A DNA stretch of 64,000 bases from assembly GCA_951406725.2 (NCBI GenBank), contig OX597839.1, positions 32,984,001-33,048,000 of the forward strand. Reading direction: 5' to 3'. The position numbers and the translations under genes are program-made. The notes below the pieces were generated by a model. The model saw nothing but the letters and a program-made list of their open reading frames with translations, searched no databases and was not told where the DNA came from. The number at the start of each line of letters is the position of its first letter. The stretch's first letter is position 1. Shown here in pieces: positions 1 through 10,785 of this stretch. This DNA is from Octopus vulgaris. Lineage: Eukaryota.

Positions 1-372
1 CAGATAGACAGATCAATAGATAGATACATAGATAGACAGACAGATAGACCTACAGATATACAGATAGATAGATAGATACATAGATAGACAGACAGATCAA
101 TAGATAGATACATAGGTAGACAGACAGATAGACAGATCAATAGATAGATACATAGATAGACAGACAGATAGACCTACAGATATACAGATAGATAGATACA
201 TAGATAGACAGACAGATCAATAGATAGATACATAGGTAGACAGACAGATAGACAGATCAATAGATAGATACATAGATAGACAGACAGATAGACCTACAGA
301 TATACAGATAGATAGATAGATACATAGATAGACAGACAGATAGACCTACAGATATACAGATAGATAGATAGA
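1..372. repeat. (TAGA/CAGA)n tetranucleotide microsatellite with ~120-bp higher-order period
   Basis: GATA/GACA repeats; the block at 121 recurs at 241, and the marker 'gacctacagatatacag' appears four times. Confidence 0.95.
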
Positions 373-1036
373 TGGTGGTGGTACCAAACGAGTGGACAGT
401 TTCTTGCCAAGGGAAGGGACATCAGCGGCACTTGTAGGTCACATTTTTTGTTGAAGTGAGCATACTGTTTAGAAGCAAACACAGACCCACATTATATACG
501 TAATCGTTTCCCCGCTGGTTTTATCTTATCATTTTATGTATTCAAAACCCAATTTATAAATGCTTTGCAAATATTTTTGTTCATTTTGTTTTTTGACACT
601 TTTTGGGGGTTTTTTGTTTGGTTTTTATCGTCTTTTGGTTTTTATCGTCTTTTGTTTTTTATTTCTTTCACACTCTTTTGGAATGTAGCAAATTCCTACA
701 CACGCACACACTCATTTAAATACCTGTACACAAGCTTGTACACACATATTTATTGTAAAAATAGGGTGTTGGATTCAGAAAATCCAGGTGACTACACACA
801 CACACACACACACACGTCACAATTCTCTCCCTCTCCGTTCTCTACCCTTTAGGATATCTTCTGTTACCCACTATTCTTGTTTTCTTGGCCCTAGGGCCAT
901 ATTTTGCTCATCTGTTCATCCTTGTCCACCGTCCTAAACCACATTCTGTGTTGTTTTGTTTGCTCTTGGCCCTGAATTCTCCACAAAAAAATTTTTTTGC
1001 AGGCATCACCAATATGGGAAGTCCTCACTCTTACCA

Positions 1037-1254
1037 TTAACCCTTTCCTTACTGTATTTATTTTGAGATGCTCTGTGTTTCTTTCAATTAATTTTAAATA
1101 TAATAAAGAATTTAGTGAAATCATTAAGCTAGTGTTAGGAACATAAATTGTGACTAAGGTTCGGTGGAAGATCTTTATTCAAAACTTATGAAAACAAGAC
1201 ATTTGTACTCAGAGCCAGAGCCGGTTTCAGCTGAGTTGGTAATGAAAGGGTTAA
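1037..1254. mobile_element. piggyBac-type MITE, family 1 (TTAA-flanked)
   Basis: TTAA-CCCTTT...AAAGGG-TTAA termini; same family at 42019-42246, 55936-56167 and 56191-56420. Confidence 0.8.
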
Positions 1255-1467
1255 TGGTACAAAACTGAGTATTACCATTTGGTTGATAACTGATGAAGAA
1301 TTAGGGACCCTCTGTGTTTGCCTCCTCTCTGGTTGTGTACTCCATACATGTTATATAATTTCTTTATTTACCATACATTTTTTCATTTTTTTTCATTTAA
1401 GTAATGGAACGCCACACGCACCAAATTTGTATTAACAAGTAAGTTTTATATATATATATATATGTGG

Positions 1468-1733
1468 AGGTGCAATGGCCCAGTGGATCGTAGGATCATG
1501 GTTTCGATTCCCAGACCGGGCGTTGTGAGTGTTTATTGAGCGAAAACACCTAAAGCTCCACAAGGGGGTGGTGGCGGTCCCTGCTGTACTCTTTCGTCCC
1601 AACTTTCTCTCACTCTTTCTTCTGTTGGCCTGCTCGCTTAGCCAGCAGGGTGGCGTCATTTGAAAGCTAAAGCAATGCGAAGCGCATTGTGACCAGCGAT
1701 GTGTAGCAACATCTGATAGCCTGGTCGGTCACG

Positions 1734-1737
<4 letters not shown>
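1468..1737 (+). mobile_element. tRNA-derived SINE (minor family)
   Basis: A-box-like tggcccagtgg and B-box-like gtttcgattccc; flanked by (TA)n. Confidence 0.55.
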
Positions 1738-1773
<36 letters not shown>

Positions 1774-2031
1774 AACGCAAAATAGGCGACCCTTAACAGG
1801 CTGCCTTATATGCTAGAAGGAGCAGTCAAAACGTCCAAAATCACATTTAGGAGCGATTTCGAAGGGAATGAAAAACTTTTACCATGTTTTTTTCGGTCAG
1901 ACCTAAGTTTTGAACTTAGTGTTTAAATGTAGACTAATTTTATATGGAAAATATGTTGTCTATTGGCTCATTATACATTGTAGGTCACTGGTAGGGAAAT
2001 CTCTAAAATGTTGCTACCCTATATTATTTTA

Positions 2032-2083
<52 letters not shown>

Positions 2084-2084
<1 letters not shown>

Positions 2085-2478
2085 TAGCAGTATCGCCCGG
2101 CGTTGCTCGGGTTTGTAGGGGAAATAACTATATAAGCATTTTTAGAGATGTAAAGTATAATAGCCATCTCAATACGGCTAACCACAAAGGGGGGTGTTAC
2201 TGTAGCTTTTTACGTTCTGAGATTTAATAATAAATTTTTAGAGAGTTACTTCCCTTATATATGCCAAAAATTCATTAAAAATGGGAAAAATTGATGGTAA
2301 ATTCTTTTTAAAATCGTAGACTAATCGTAGACACGCGCTAATACCCAGAAGGGCTCGATATGAATCACTACTATAAGATATCCACTTTTGGTTACACTGC
2401 ACCGCAAAATGTGGGAGTAGTTAGGAATCTAAATCATAGGAGACAGACAGCAAACAACCTCACTTTTATATATAAAGA
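2084..2478 (-). mobile_element. Non-autonomous Helitron
   Basis: Minus strand begins TC (TCTTTATATATAAAAGTG) and ends with hairpin CCCGAGCAACGCCGGG followed by CTAG; inserted between A and T, no TSD. Confidence 0.75.
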
Positions 2479-2484
2479 TATATA

Positions 2485-2627
2485 TGGTAAGTAGCTTGCT
2501 AACCAACCACATGGTTCCGGGTTCAGTCCCACTGCGTGGCATCTTGGGCAAGTGTCTTCTGCTATAGCCCCGGGCCGACCAATGCCTTGTGAGTGGATTT
2601 GGTAGACGGAAACTGAAAGAAGCCTGT

Positions 2628-2666
<39 letters not shown>

Positions 2667-2864
2667 TTGTGTGTCTGTGTTTGTCCCCCTAGCATTGCTT
2701 GACAACCGATGCTGGTGTGTTTACGTCCCCGTCAGTTAGCGGTTCGGCAAAAGAGACCGATAGAATAAGTACTGGGCTTACAAAGAATAAGTCCCGGGGT
2801 CGATTTGCTCGACTAAAGGTGGTGCTCCAGCATGGCCGCAGTCAAATGACTGAAACAAGTAAAG
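2485..2864 (+). mobile_element. SINE family A (tRNA head, CORE-like segment, internal TA/TG microsatellite), 5'-truncated
   Basis: ggttccgggttcagtcccactgcgtggcatcttgggcaagtgtctt ... cagcatggccgcagtcaaatgactgaaacaagtaaa; more than 20 copies in the window. Confidence 0.85.
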
Positions 2865-3595
2865 ATATATATATATATATGTGTATGTATGTGTATATAT
2901 ACATTCTTTACATTATTTACATTCGACGAATATTTGTTCTCATCTTGTTTGTTGTTAACAGGTTTTCGGCTGTTATCTTCTCCCTGCTTTATCTTGGTTC
3001 AACAACAACAACAGCAACAACATCAAGAATTCCTTACATGAATTGAATGTCATACATTTTTGTTTATTTATTTGCTTGTTATGATTTTTTATTTTTTTTC
3101 TAATTAATTGGTAAGGGTCAGGACAGGAACTGACCTGAGGAAGTTGTGTCTTCAATAACCAGCAACAGAGTGGACCCTATTTAAGGTACCCCCCCAAAGG
3201 AGCCCCCTGCTCTGAGGTAGGTAGTGCAGTGTTAAACCAGGCCCTGAATTTAGTAGTAGTAGTAGTAGTGGTGGTGGTCATGGTCGTCGTCATAGTTGGC
3301 TTGGTAGTAGTAGTAGCAGTAGTAATTGTGGTTGTTGTTGATGGTGGTGATGGTTGTGATAATAGTCTTGATAGGTCCTCTCTCTCTATCTCTCTATATC
3401 TATCTATCTATCTATCTATCTATCTCTCTCTCTGGCATACAGTCAGCCTGTCATCAGACATTGGAGGTTTAAAGTACCCCTCCTCCACCCTGCCTGCATC
3501 TGGGAGAGTAACACCCTGAAACGCAATCAGGAACATGGAGGAAGGCAAGGGCTGAGCAAGGAAAGGTTAACAGATCCACACTTATATAAGTCTGT

Positions 3596-3850
3596 TTGCC
3601 AGTCTGTCTGTCTCTCTCTCCACCTCTGTCTGTCTCTCTTTTTCTCTCCCTCTGCCTCTTTGTCTTTCTCTTTCTTCTCCTGTTTCTCTCCCTCTCTCCT
3701 CTATCTCCCTCCCTCTCTCCTCTATCTCTCTCCCTCTCTCCTCTATCCCTCTGTCTCTCCCTCTTTCCTTCTATCTCTCTCCCTCTCTCTCTCTCTCTGC
3801 TTCAGTCTCTCTTGCTCTGTTTTTCTCTCTCTCTCTCCCTCTTTCTCTCT

Positions 3851-3882
<32 letters not shown>

Positions 3883-4155
3883 GTCCGCTATCCCTCTCCC
3901 TTTGTCCTCTCTCTCTCTGTCTGCTCTCCCTCTCTTTCCCTCAGTCTCTCTCTTGCTCTCTCTCTCCCTCCCTCTCCCTCTTCTCTTCCACTGAGTCTCT
4001 CTTTCTCCCTCTCTCTCTCTCTGTCCGCTATCCCTCTCCCTTTGTCCTCTCCCTCTCTTTCCCTCAGTCTCTCTCTTGCTCTGTCTCTCCTCTCTCTTTC
4101 TCAGTCTCCCCCTCTCTCCTTCTGCCTGTCTCTCTTCTCTCCTCTCCCCCACCCT
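3596..4155. repeat. (CT)-rich low-complexity tract
   Basis: Polypyrimidine CT repeats with internal duplications; source of spurious Leu/Ser ORFs. Confidence 0.95.
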
Positions 4156-4751
4156 CCTATCAACAAAAAGTTCACAATCATCAAATTATTCCTGTATTGA
4201 AATATTTCCTTCACCTGAAAAATCCCTTTGTGCAACTCCTATAACTACAAACAATCTTCTCACCTGTCTTCTCACCTGACTTTTACCTGACATTCACCAG
4301 TAAAACAATACTCTCGCATTCTTATTTCCTTCTTTCTTTACTTTCATCCCCACAATGCAGAATACAAATATCTTCTGATACAACTTCACATAAATGTCCA
4401 CTCCATTGTTTGGTCAAATTTTTCGAATAGTTGGCCAACACTCTCAACAATGCCATTGTGTGGCGGAAATAATGTGTTGGGAGAAATTCAAAGGTAAATT
4501 CGGTCCCCACTAAATAGAGCAAGACATACTCTGAATCTTTTGTGTTTAGACTGGCCATATTCGGCCCAAATATTCAACCTGTTTTATGTTGAAACTGGCA
4601 AGATCCAGCCTCTCTCACCTGCCTTGCAATGCCATTCTACAAATAAATCCAAAATCTTGAAGCTACAAGATAATGGATATTTAATATGGTTAATTCAAAA
4701 CTATGTGGATAAAAAGGATTAGATTTGACAAAGTAATTTGAATGCTAAGGG

Positions 4752-4804
<53 letters not shown>

Positions 4805-5290
4805 AAAGTGAGATAGGGGTTGTGAGTGTAACCCACTATGGGATAACATATATCCAATATACTCCCAGTAAAGTACCCAGAAAGGCTAATACATAAATGC
4901 TAAGAATTACAATGCAATTAATTCATTTATTGTACTATATGGGCGAAGGTAAAATGTTTTACCTCAAATTCATAATACAAAATAAGAAAATGGAGGAATA
5001 TATTTTAATCAATCATCAACTACTAGATAATACCAATTCATATAATTTATTAACTAATTAATTAGGAACATCCAGATCAAACAGAATAATACAGAATAAA
5101 ACAGTACACATCAATGAGTAAAATAATACCATAAGAACAATACATATAAATATAAAATGGATCTTACAGCTGTTTCAGCCATGTAGATAAGAGTATCTCA
5201 TTATGCTCATATTAGTCAGATATATTAAGGTAATATGCGGTTATAAATGAGTTGCTTATATAACCGCATATTACCTTAATACATCTGCAC
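4805..5290 (-). mobile_element. Probable Penelope-like element fragment with long hairpin
   Basis: Minus-strand GAAACAGCTGTA (3' half of a hammerhead with palindromic helix III) near 5165-5180 and a 29-bp hairpin at 5217-5287. Confidence 0.4.
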
Positions 5291-5363
5291 AGCAGGAGTG
5301 TTAAGATCGATCTTTCTGCTGGTGTAAAGCAATTGTATTGGTGCCCATGTGGGCTGTGATTTT

Positions 5364-5850
5364 CAGGGAGATTTGTCTGCTGTTTCTAGCAGGCCAAGTG
5401 GTCAAGTACAGGCTTCTTTGTTGTCTTGTATTTGAGGGAGATTTGGCTGCTATTTCTAACAGGTCAAATGACCAAGTGCAGACTTCTTTATTGTCTTGCA
5501 TTTGAGGGAGATTTGGCTGCCAATTCTTGAAGGTCAGTTGAGCAAGTACAGGTTTCTTTATTGTCTTGTAGTTGGAGAAGATTTGGCAGCTATTTTTAGC
5601 AGATCAATTGGCCAAGTACAGCTCTGTTATTGTCTTGTAATTGAGGGAGATTTGGCTGCCATTTCTTGAAGGTCAATTGAACAAGTGCAGGTTTCTTTAT
5701 TGTCTTGTAGTTGGAGAAGATTTGGCAGCTATTTTTAGCAGATCAATTGGCCAAGTACAGCTCTGTTATTGTCTTGTAATTGAGGGAGATTTGTCTGCTA
5801 TTTCTAGCAAGTCCAGTGACCAAGGACAGGCTCCTTTATTGCCTTGTATA
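5364..5850. repeat. ~70-bp tandem repeat x7 with ~139-bp dimeric period
   Basis: gagggagatttggctgc motif at ~5364, 5434, 5504, 5573, 5643, 5712 and 5783. Confidence 0.85.
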
Positions 5851-6182
5851 ATTTAATATCTGTTACACGGTGAGGAGGTTGGTGCAGATGGCTCTTTGGC
5901 TTCTTCACGAGAAAATTTACGACCACGAGATAAAGTTTGAAATATGATCGATCGATCGTATACCTGCGAAATAAAACTGTCTGCAGCTACAACAACAACA
6001 ACGAGATGAATTACAATCGCAGCAATAATAATAAGAACAACAAGCAAGCTTGAGCAAGAGATATCAAAAAAGGGTGTCATGGAAAAGATTTGTCAAACAT
6101 GGACATAAGATACATGCAGAACAAATTTGCTATGGAAAGGTATTTTGAAGGGTAAATATACGAGCAAATAGATGATGCATGC

Positions 6183-6220
<38 letters not shown>

Positions 6221-6393
6221 ATATATATATATCATCATCATCATCGTTTAACGTCTGCTTTCCATGCTAGCATAGGTTGGACGGTTCGACTGGGGATCTG
6301 GGAAGCCAGAAGGCTGTATGAGGCTCCAACCTGATCTGACAGTGTTTCTACAGCTGGATGCCCTTCCTAACGCCATATATATATGTGTGTATA

Positions 6394-6431
<38 letters not shown>

Positions 6432-6566
6432 TAGATAGACAGATATATACATATCTATAAATCGTCCAACCCATGCTAGCATGGAAAGCGGACGTTAAAC
6501 GATGATGATGATGATATATATATCTTTTCTATCATGGTACAGATATATATATATATATATATATAA

Positions 6567-6760
6567 TCATCATCATCATCATCGTTTAACATCTGCTTTC
6601 CATGCTAGCATGGGTTGGATGGTTCGACCGGGGTCTGGGAAGCCAGGGGCTGCACCAGGCTCCAGTCTGATCTGGCAGTGTTTCTACAGCTGGATGCCCT
6701 TCCTAACGCCAACCACTCCGTGAGTGTAGTGGGTGCCGTTTACGTGCCACCGGCACGGAA
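6567..6760 (-). mobile_element. SINE family C 3' part with (GAT)n tail
   Basis: Reverse complement of ggttggcgttaggaagggcatccagc...ccaacccatgctagcatggaaa...cgatgatgat; other copies at 6232, 10306, 19020, 19920, 32238, 35660, 36573, 37658, 45361, 51690 and 58766. Confidence 0.8.
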
Positions 6761-6839
6761 TATATCATATTACACATAAATTCCTCTATTTACATAATAT
6801 CGAGGTCTCTTTCATTCTTTTGTTGTCTTACCATTATTA

Positions 6840-6885
<46 letters not shown>

Positions 6886-6902
6886 GACACACATATATAT
6901 AC

Positions 6903-6946
<44 letters not shown>

Positions 6947-7438
6947 GTATATTATATATGTATATATAATATAAATATATATGTCTAATACATTTATCTA
7001 TTCTATATATATCTGTTTATCTGCCTATCAATCTAATATATATATATATATACACACACATACATACATACACACATACATACACATGCACTCACACATA
7101 TACATACACGTACACACACACACACACACCACCATATGACCTTGCTACAATGTAGTGCAACAATCTGGTTAATACAAAGGGGATCGTATTTAAAGAGAGC
7201 TACACCTTTCTGCCTCAGGTGACTCAGCAATGTTGTGAAGATTCGTTAAAAAAAACTGCAGGTATTCATTGAGGTTGCTTGCACACCTTGCAGTTTCTGT
7301 TTCACGCCGTGACACCTGCCACAAGAGAAATTTCCTGCCAGTTTGATTGATAATTTTTGGCATTTCAAAATGTCTTGACAAACCTCTTCCTGATAAAATG
7401 ATTTGAGGAATTCTGGGAAAATATGATACATGTTATGC

Positions 7439-7475
<37 letters not shown>

Positions 7476-7978
7476 TTACTAAGTCTCTCTAAAGGAGATT
7501 ACGGCAGTGTTACTGGATATTAATAGTTATTGCCAAACTAATATGGCAGTCCGTAAATATAAGACTAAAGCTGTCGCTGATTAGCTCCAAGAGGCCATCG
7601 CCTCTAGCTAGCTATTTGACAAACCTAATATCAGCCGCTCATCTTGCTGTTCAGACATCTGCAGACATGTTTCAGGGTTGTTGCCTTCAATGCAGTGTAG
7701 TCAGACCGCAGGTGTCACTACTGACCGTCTGTTCAAGATTTTATTTACCTAGTTAGGAATACATCCACTAAGTCTCTCTAAAGGAGATTACGGCAGTGTT
7801 ACTGGATATTAACAGTTATTGCCAAACTAATATGGCAGTCCGTAAATATAAGACTAAAGCTGTCGCTGATTAGCTCCAAGAGGCCATCGCCTCTAGCTAG
7901 CTATTTGACACACGAACCTGCGTCCATTACAACCTTCGAACAGGGGAGGTCAGCCGCTTCATCTTGCTGTTCAGACAT

Positions 7979-8018
7979 CTGCAGACATGTTTCAGGGTTG
8001 TTGCCTTTATCAATGCAG
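7979..8018 (-). ncRNA. Minimal type I hammerhead ribozyme, U3-A8 variant (second copy, 3-bp helix II)
   Basis: CUGCA-UUGAUAA-AGG-CAACAAC-CCU-GAAA-CAUG-UC^UGCAG; predicted cleavage site 360 nt from that of the best copy. Confidence 0.65.
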
Positions 8019-8338
8019 CGTAGTCAGACCCGCAGGTGTCACTACTGACCGTCTGTTCGAAGATTTTATTTACCTAGTTACAGTGGAATACATCCACTTG
8101 TTTTCAATAATAGAAATATTAAAATTACTAAGTCTCTCTAAAGGAGATTACGGCAGTGTTACTGGATATTAATAGTTATCGCCAAACTAATATGGCAGTC
8201 CATAAATATAAGACTAAAGCTGTCGCTGATTAGCTCCAAGAGGCCATCGCCTCTAGCTAGCTATTTGACACACGAACCTGCGTCCATTACAGCCTTCGAA
8301 CAGGGGAGGTCAGCCGCTTCACCTTGCTAGTCAGACAT

Positions 8339-8379
8339 CTGCAGACATGTTTCAGGGTTGTTGCCCTTTATCAATGCAG
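8339..8379 (-). ncRNA. Minimal type I hammerhead ribozyme, U3-A8 core variant (best copy)
   Basis: CUGCA-UUGAUAA-AGGG-CAACAA-CCCU-GAAA-CAUG-UC^UGCAG: helix I 5 bp, helix II 4 bp, palindromic helix III ACAUGU, GUC cleavage triplet. Confidence 0.75.
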
Positions 8380-8402
8380 CGTAGTCAGACCCTTTTTTAC
8401 TC

Positions 8403-8572
8403 TTGGCACACGAGGCTGGAAATGTTCGTGACTGGTACTTAATTTATCGACCCCAAAAGAACGAAAGGCAAAGTCGACCTCGGTGGAATTTGAACACAGA
8501 ACGTGAAGACAGATGAAATATTGCTAATCATTTTGCCCAGTGTGCTAACGATTCTGCCAGCTCGCTGCCTTA
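8403..8572 (-). mobile_element. SINE family B (Meta-domain-like)
   Basis: Reverse complement of gcctttc(a/g)t(c/t)cttttggggtcgataaattaagtaccag, resembling the MetaSINE central domain; further copies at 26175, 43770, 58565, 60059 and 62549. Confidence 0.7.
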
Positions 8573-10067
8573 ATAATAATCGTTTCTACTATAGGCACAA
8601 GGCCTGAAATTTCCTGGGAGGGGACTAACTGGCTACATTTGGTTAATTTCAGGAGCAGGCTGTTCCGTCAACCGGATTGACTGGAACACCTTGACATTGT
8701 AACCAACGGTGTCAGTTAATAACAATGGTTTCAAATCTTGGCACAAGGCCAGCAATTTTAGGAGAAGGGATAAATCAATTACATCAACCCCAATATTCAG
8801 CTGGTACATATTTTATCGACCCAAAAAGGATGGAAGGCTAAGTCGCCCTTGGCAGGATTTGAACTCAGAGCATAGAGACGAAATGCCACTAAGCCATGCT
8901 AATGAGTCTGCTAGCTCTTCATCTTCATAATGGTTTCAGATTTTAGCACAAGGCTAGCAATCTTAGGGAGGAGCATAAGTCGATTGAATCAACCCCAGTG
9001 CATAACTGGTACTTATTTTATTGACCCTGGAAAGACGACTGGCTAAGTCAACCTCAGCGGAATTTGAACTCAGAATGTAAAGATGTGTGAAATCCACTTT
9101 TGTTGTTTAGCCCTGGGTTGTTCCTGATCCAACAAACCTATGATCAAAGTCAATCCAGTTCTGACCCTCCCGTCAGTTTATATGCACATACGTCAGGGGC
9201 TATATTATCCATTGTGGTCCCAATGTTGAACATACTGCAGATGATCCATCGAGGGACGTTTGGCTGTTATCTTCAGCAGATCAAGTGATTAATGTCGAGG
9301 CCATTAATCTTTCAAAAACAGAATTATAGTAAATCCTTGGTTAATGAGGACACCCACAGAGGTCAGCAGTTATCTATTGAGGGTAGTTGGGTATATATAT
9401 ACTGATAAGAAATATTTATTCTTGGATACAGAGCAGATATTAGTATGTGTGAGGGGGTTAAGTTTCTGGCTAACCGGGGTGAGGATAGGGGCGGAGTGTT
9501 AATTTCAAGGATAAGAGTAAAGTAGCAGACAGGTATTTAGTACCGATGACAGGTAAAGACCAAGAGATTATGGTCTACTAGTCTCACCAAGCTGGAAGGG
9601 AGTGATTCAGTGTCGCAGTGTGGCACCCTGGGCAAGTGTCTTCTAAAACTTCAGGTCAACCAAAACCTTGTGAATGGATTTTGGTAGATGGAAACTGAAA
9701 GAAGCTTGTCATATGTGTGTGTGTGTGTATCTGTGTTTGTCTCTCATTTGCTTAACAACCTGTGCTGGTGTGTTTACCTCCCCATGACTTAGCAGTTTGT
9801 CAAAATAAGACTGATAGAATAAGTATCAGCCTTAAAGAAGTTGCTGGAGTTGATTTGTTTGACTAAAATTCTTCAAGGCAGTGCCCCAGCATGGCCACAT
9901 AATATATTGGACACAGGTTGTGTGTCATTAACCTGCTGGAAAGACGTTTTCTCGGGGTTAAAATGTAATAACATTGTTCTGTATGAATCAACCATGTTAT
10001 AATGGCAACTAATGTTACCGTCTGGTATTGTTATGACTTATTATATCTCATTTAGAGATTTTTAGAA

Positions 10068-10606
10068 CTTACTCTTTTACTTGTTTCAGTCATTTGACTG
10101 CGGCCATGCTGGAGCACCGCCTTTAGTCGAGCAAATCGACCCCCAAAACTTATTCTTTGTAAGCCTAGTACTTAGTCTATCGGTCTCTTTTACCGAACTG
10201 CTAAGTTACGGGGATGTAAACACACCAGCATCGGTTGTCAAGCGATGTGGGGTGGGGGACAAACACAGACACACACACACAAATATATATATATATACAT
10301 ATATATTGGCGTTAGGAAGGGCATCCAGCCATAGAAACATTGCCAGATCAGACTGGGCCTGGTGCAGCCTTCTGGCTTCCCAGACCCCAGTTGAACCGTC
10401 CAACCCATGCTAGCATGGAAAGCGGACGCTAAACGATGATGATACGACGGGCTTCTTTCAGTTTCTGACTACCAAATCCACTCACAAGGCTTTGGTTGAC
10501 GCAAGGCTATAGTAGAAGACACTTGCCCAAGGTGCCACGCAGTGGGACTGAACACGGAACCTTGTGGTTAGTAAGCAAGCTACTTACCACACAGCCACTC
10601 CTGCGT
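10068..10606 (-). mobile_element. SINE A with a nested SINE C fragment (10306-10443, + strand) in its internal microsatellite
   Basis: The two SINE A halves are collinear on either side of ttggcgttaggaagg...gatgatgat. Confidence 0.85.
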
Positions 10607-10754
10607 AATGTAGCATTTATAAAAAAAAATGTTTAATAGATTGGTTAGAGGAGGGATGGTCACATGTGGGAATTTGTTTCATTGGCTGTTATTTATAAGG
10701 GAGGGAATCTTTGTTGGAAATGTTCTTTACTACTCTCTTGCTCTCTTTGGCTGT

Positions 10755-10785
<31 letters not shown>

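Larger units (their letters stand above)
7478..8391 (-). mobile_element. Tandem array of ~360-bp non-coding units, each with a hammerhead motif (retrozyme or Penelope pLTR-like)
   Basis: Units start at 7478, 7767 and 8127 (actaagtctctctaaaggag); preceded by (AAT)n; no credible ORF. Confidence 0.75.

Noticed and set aside
1283-1320. CTGATGA hammerhead core at ~1290
   Set aside because: No helix II partner or GAAA downstream; at most a truncated relic
2429-3046. Recurrent ORFs MLGGQTQTH.. and MTTDAGVFTSP.. resembling a gene family
   Set aside because: Translations of the SINE A consensus
5364-5850. CRISPR-like regular repeats
   Set aside because: Eukaryotic context, no unique spacers and no cas genes; whole units are duplicated
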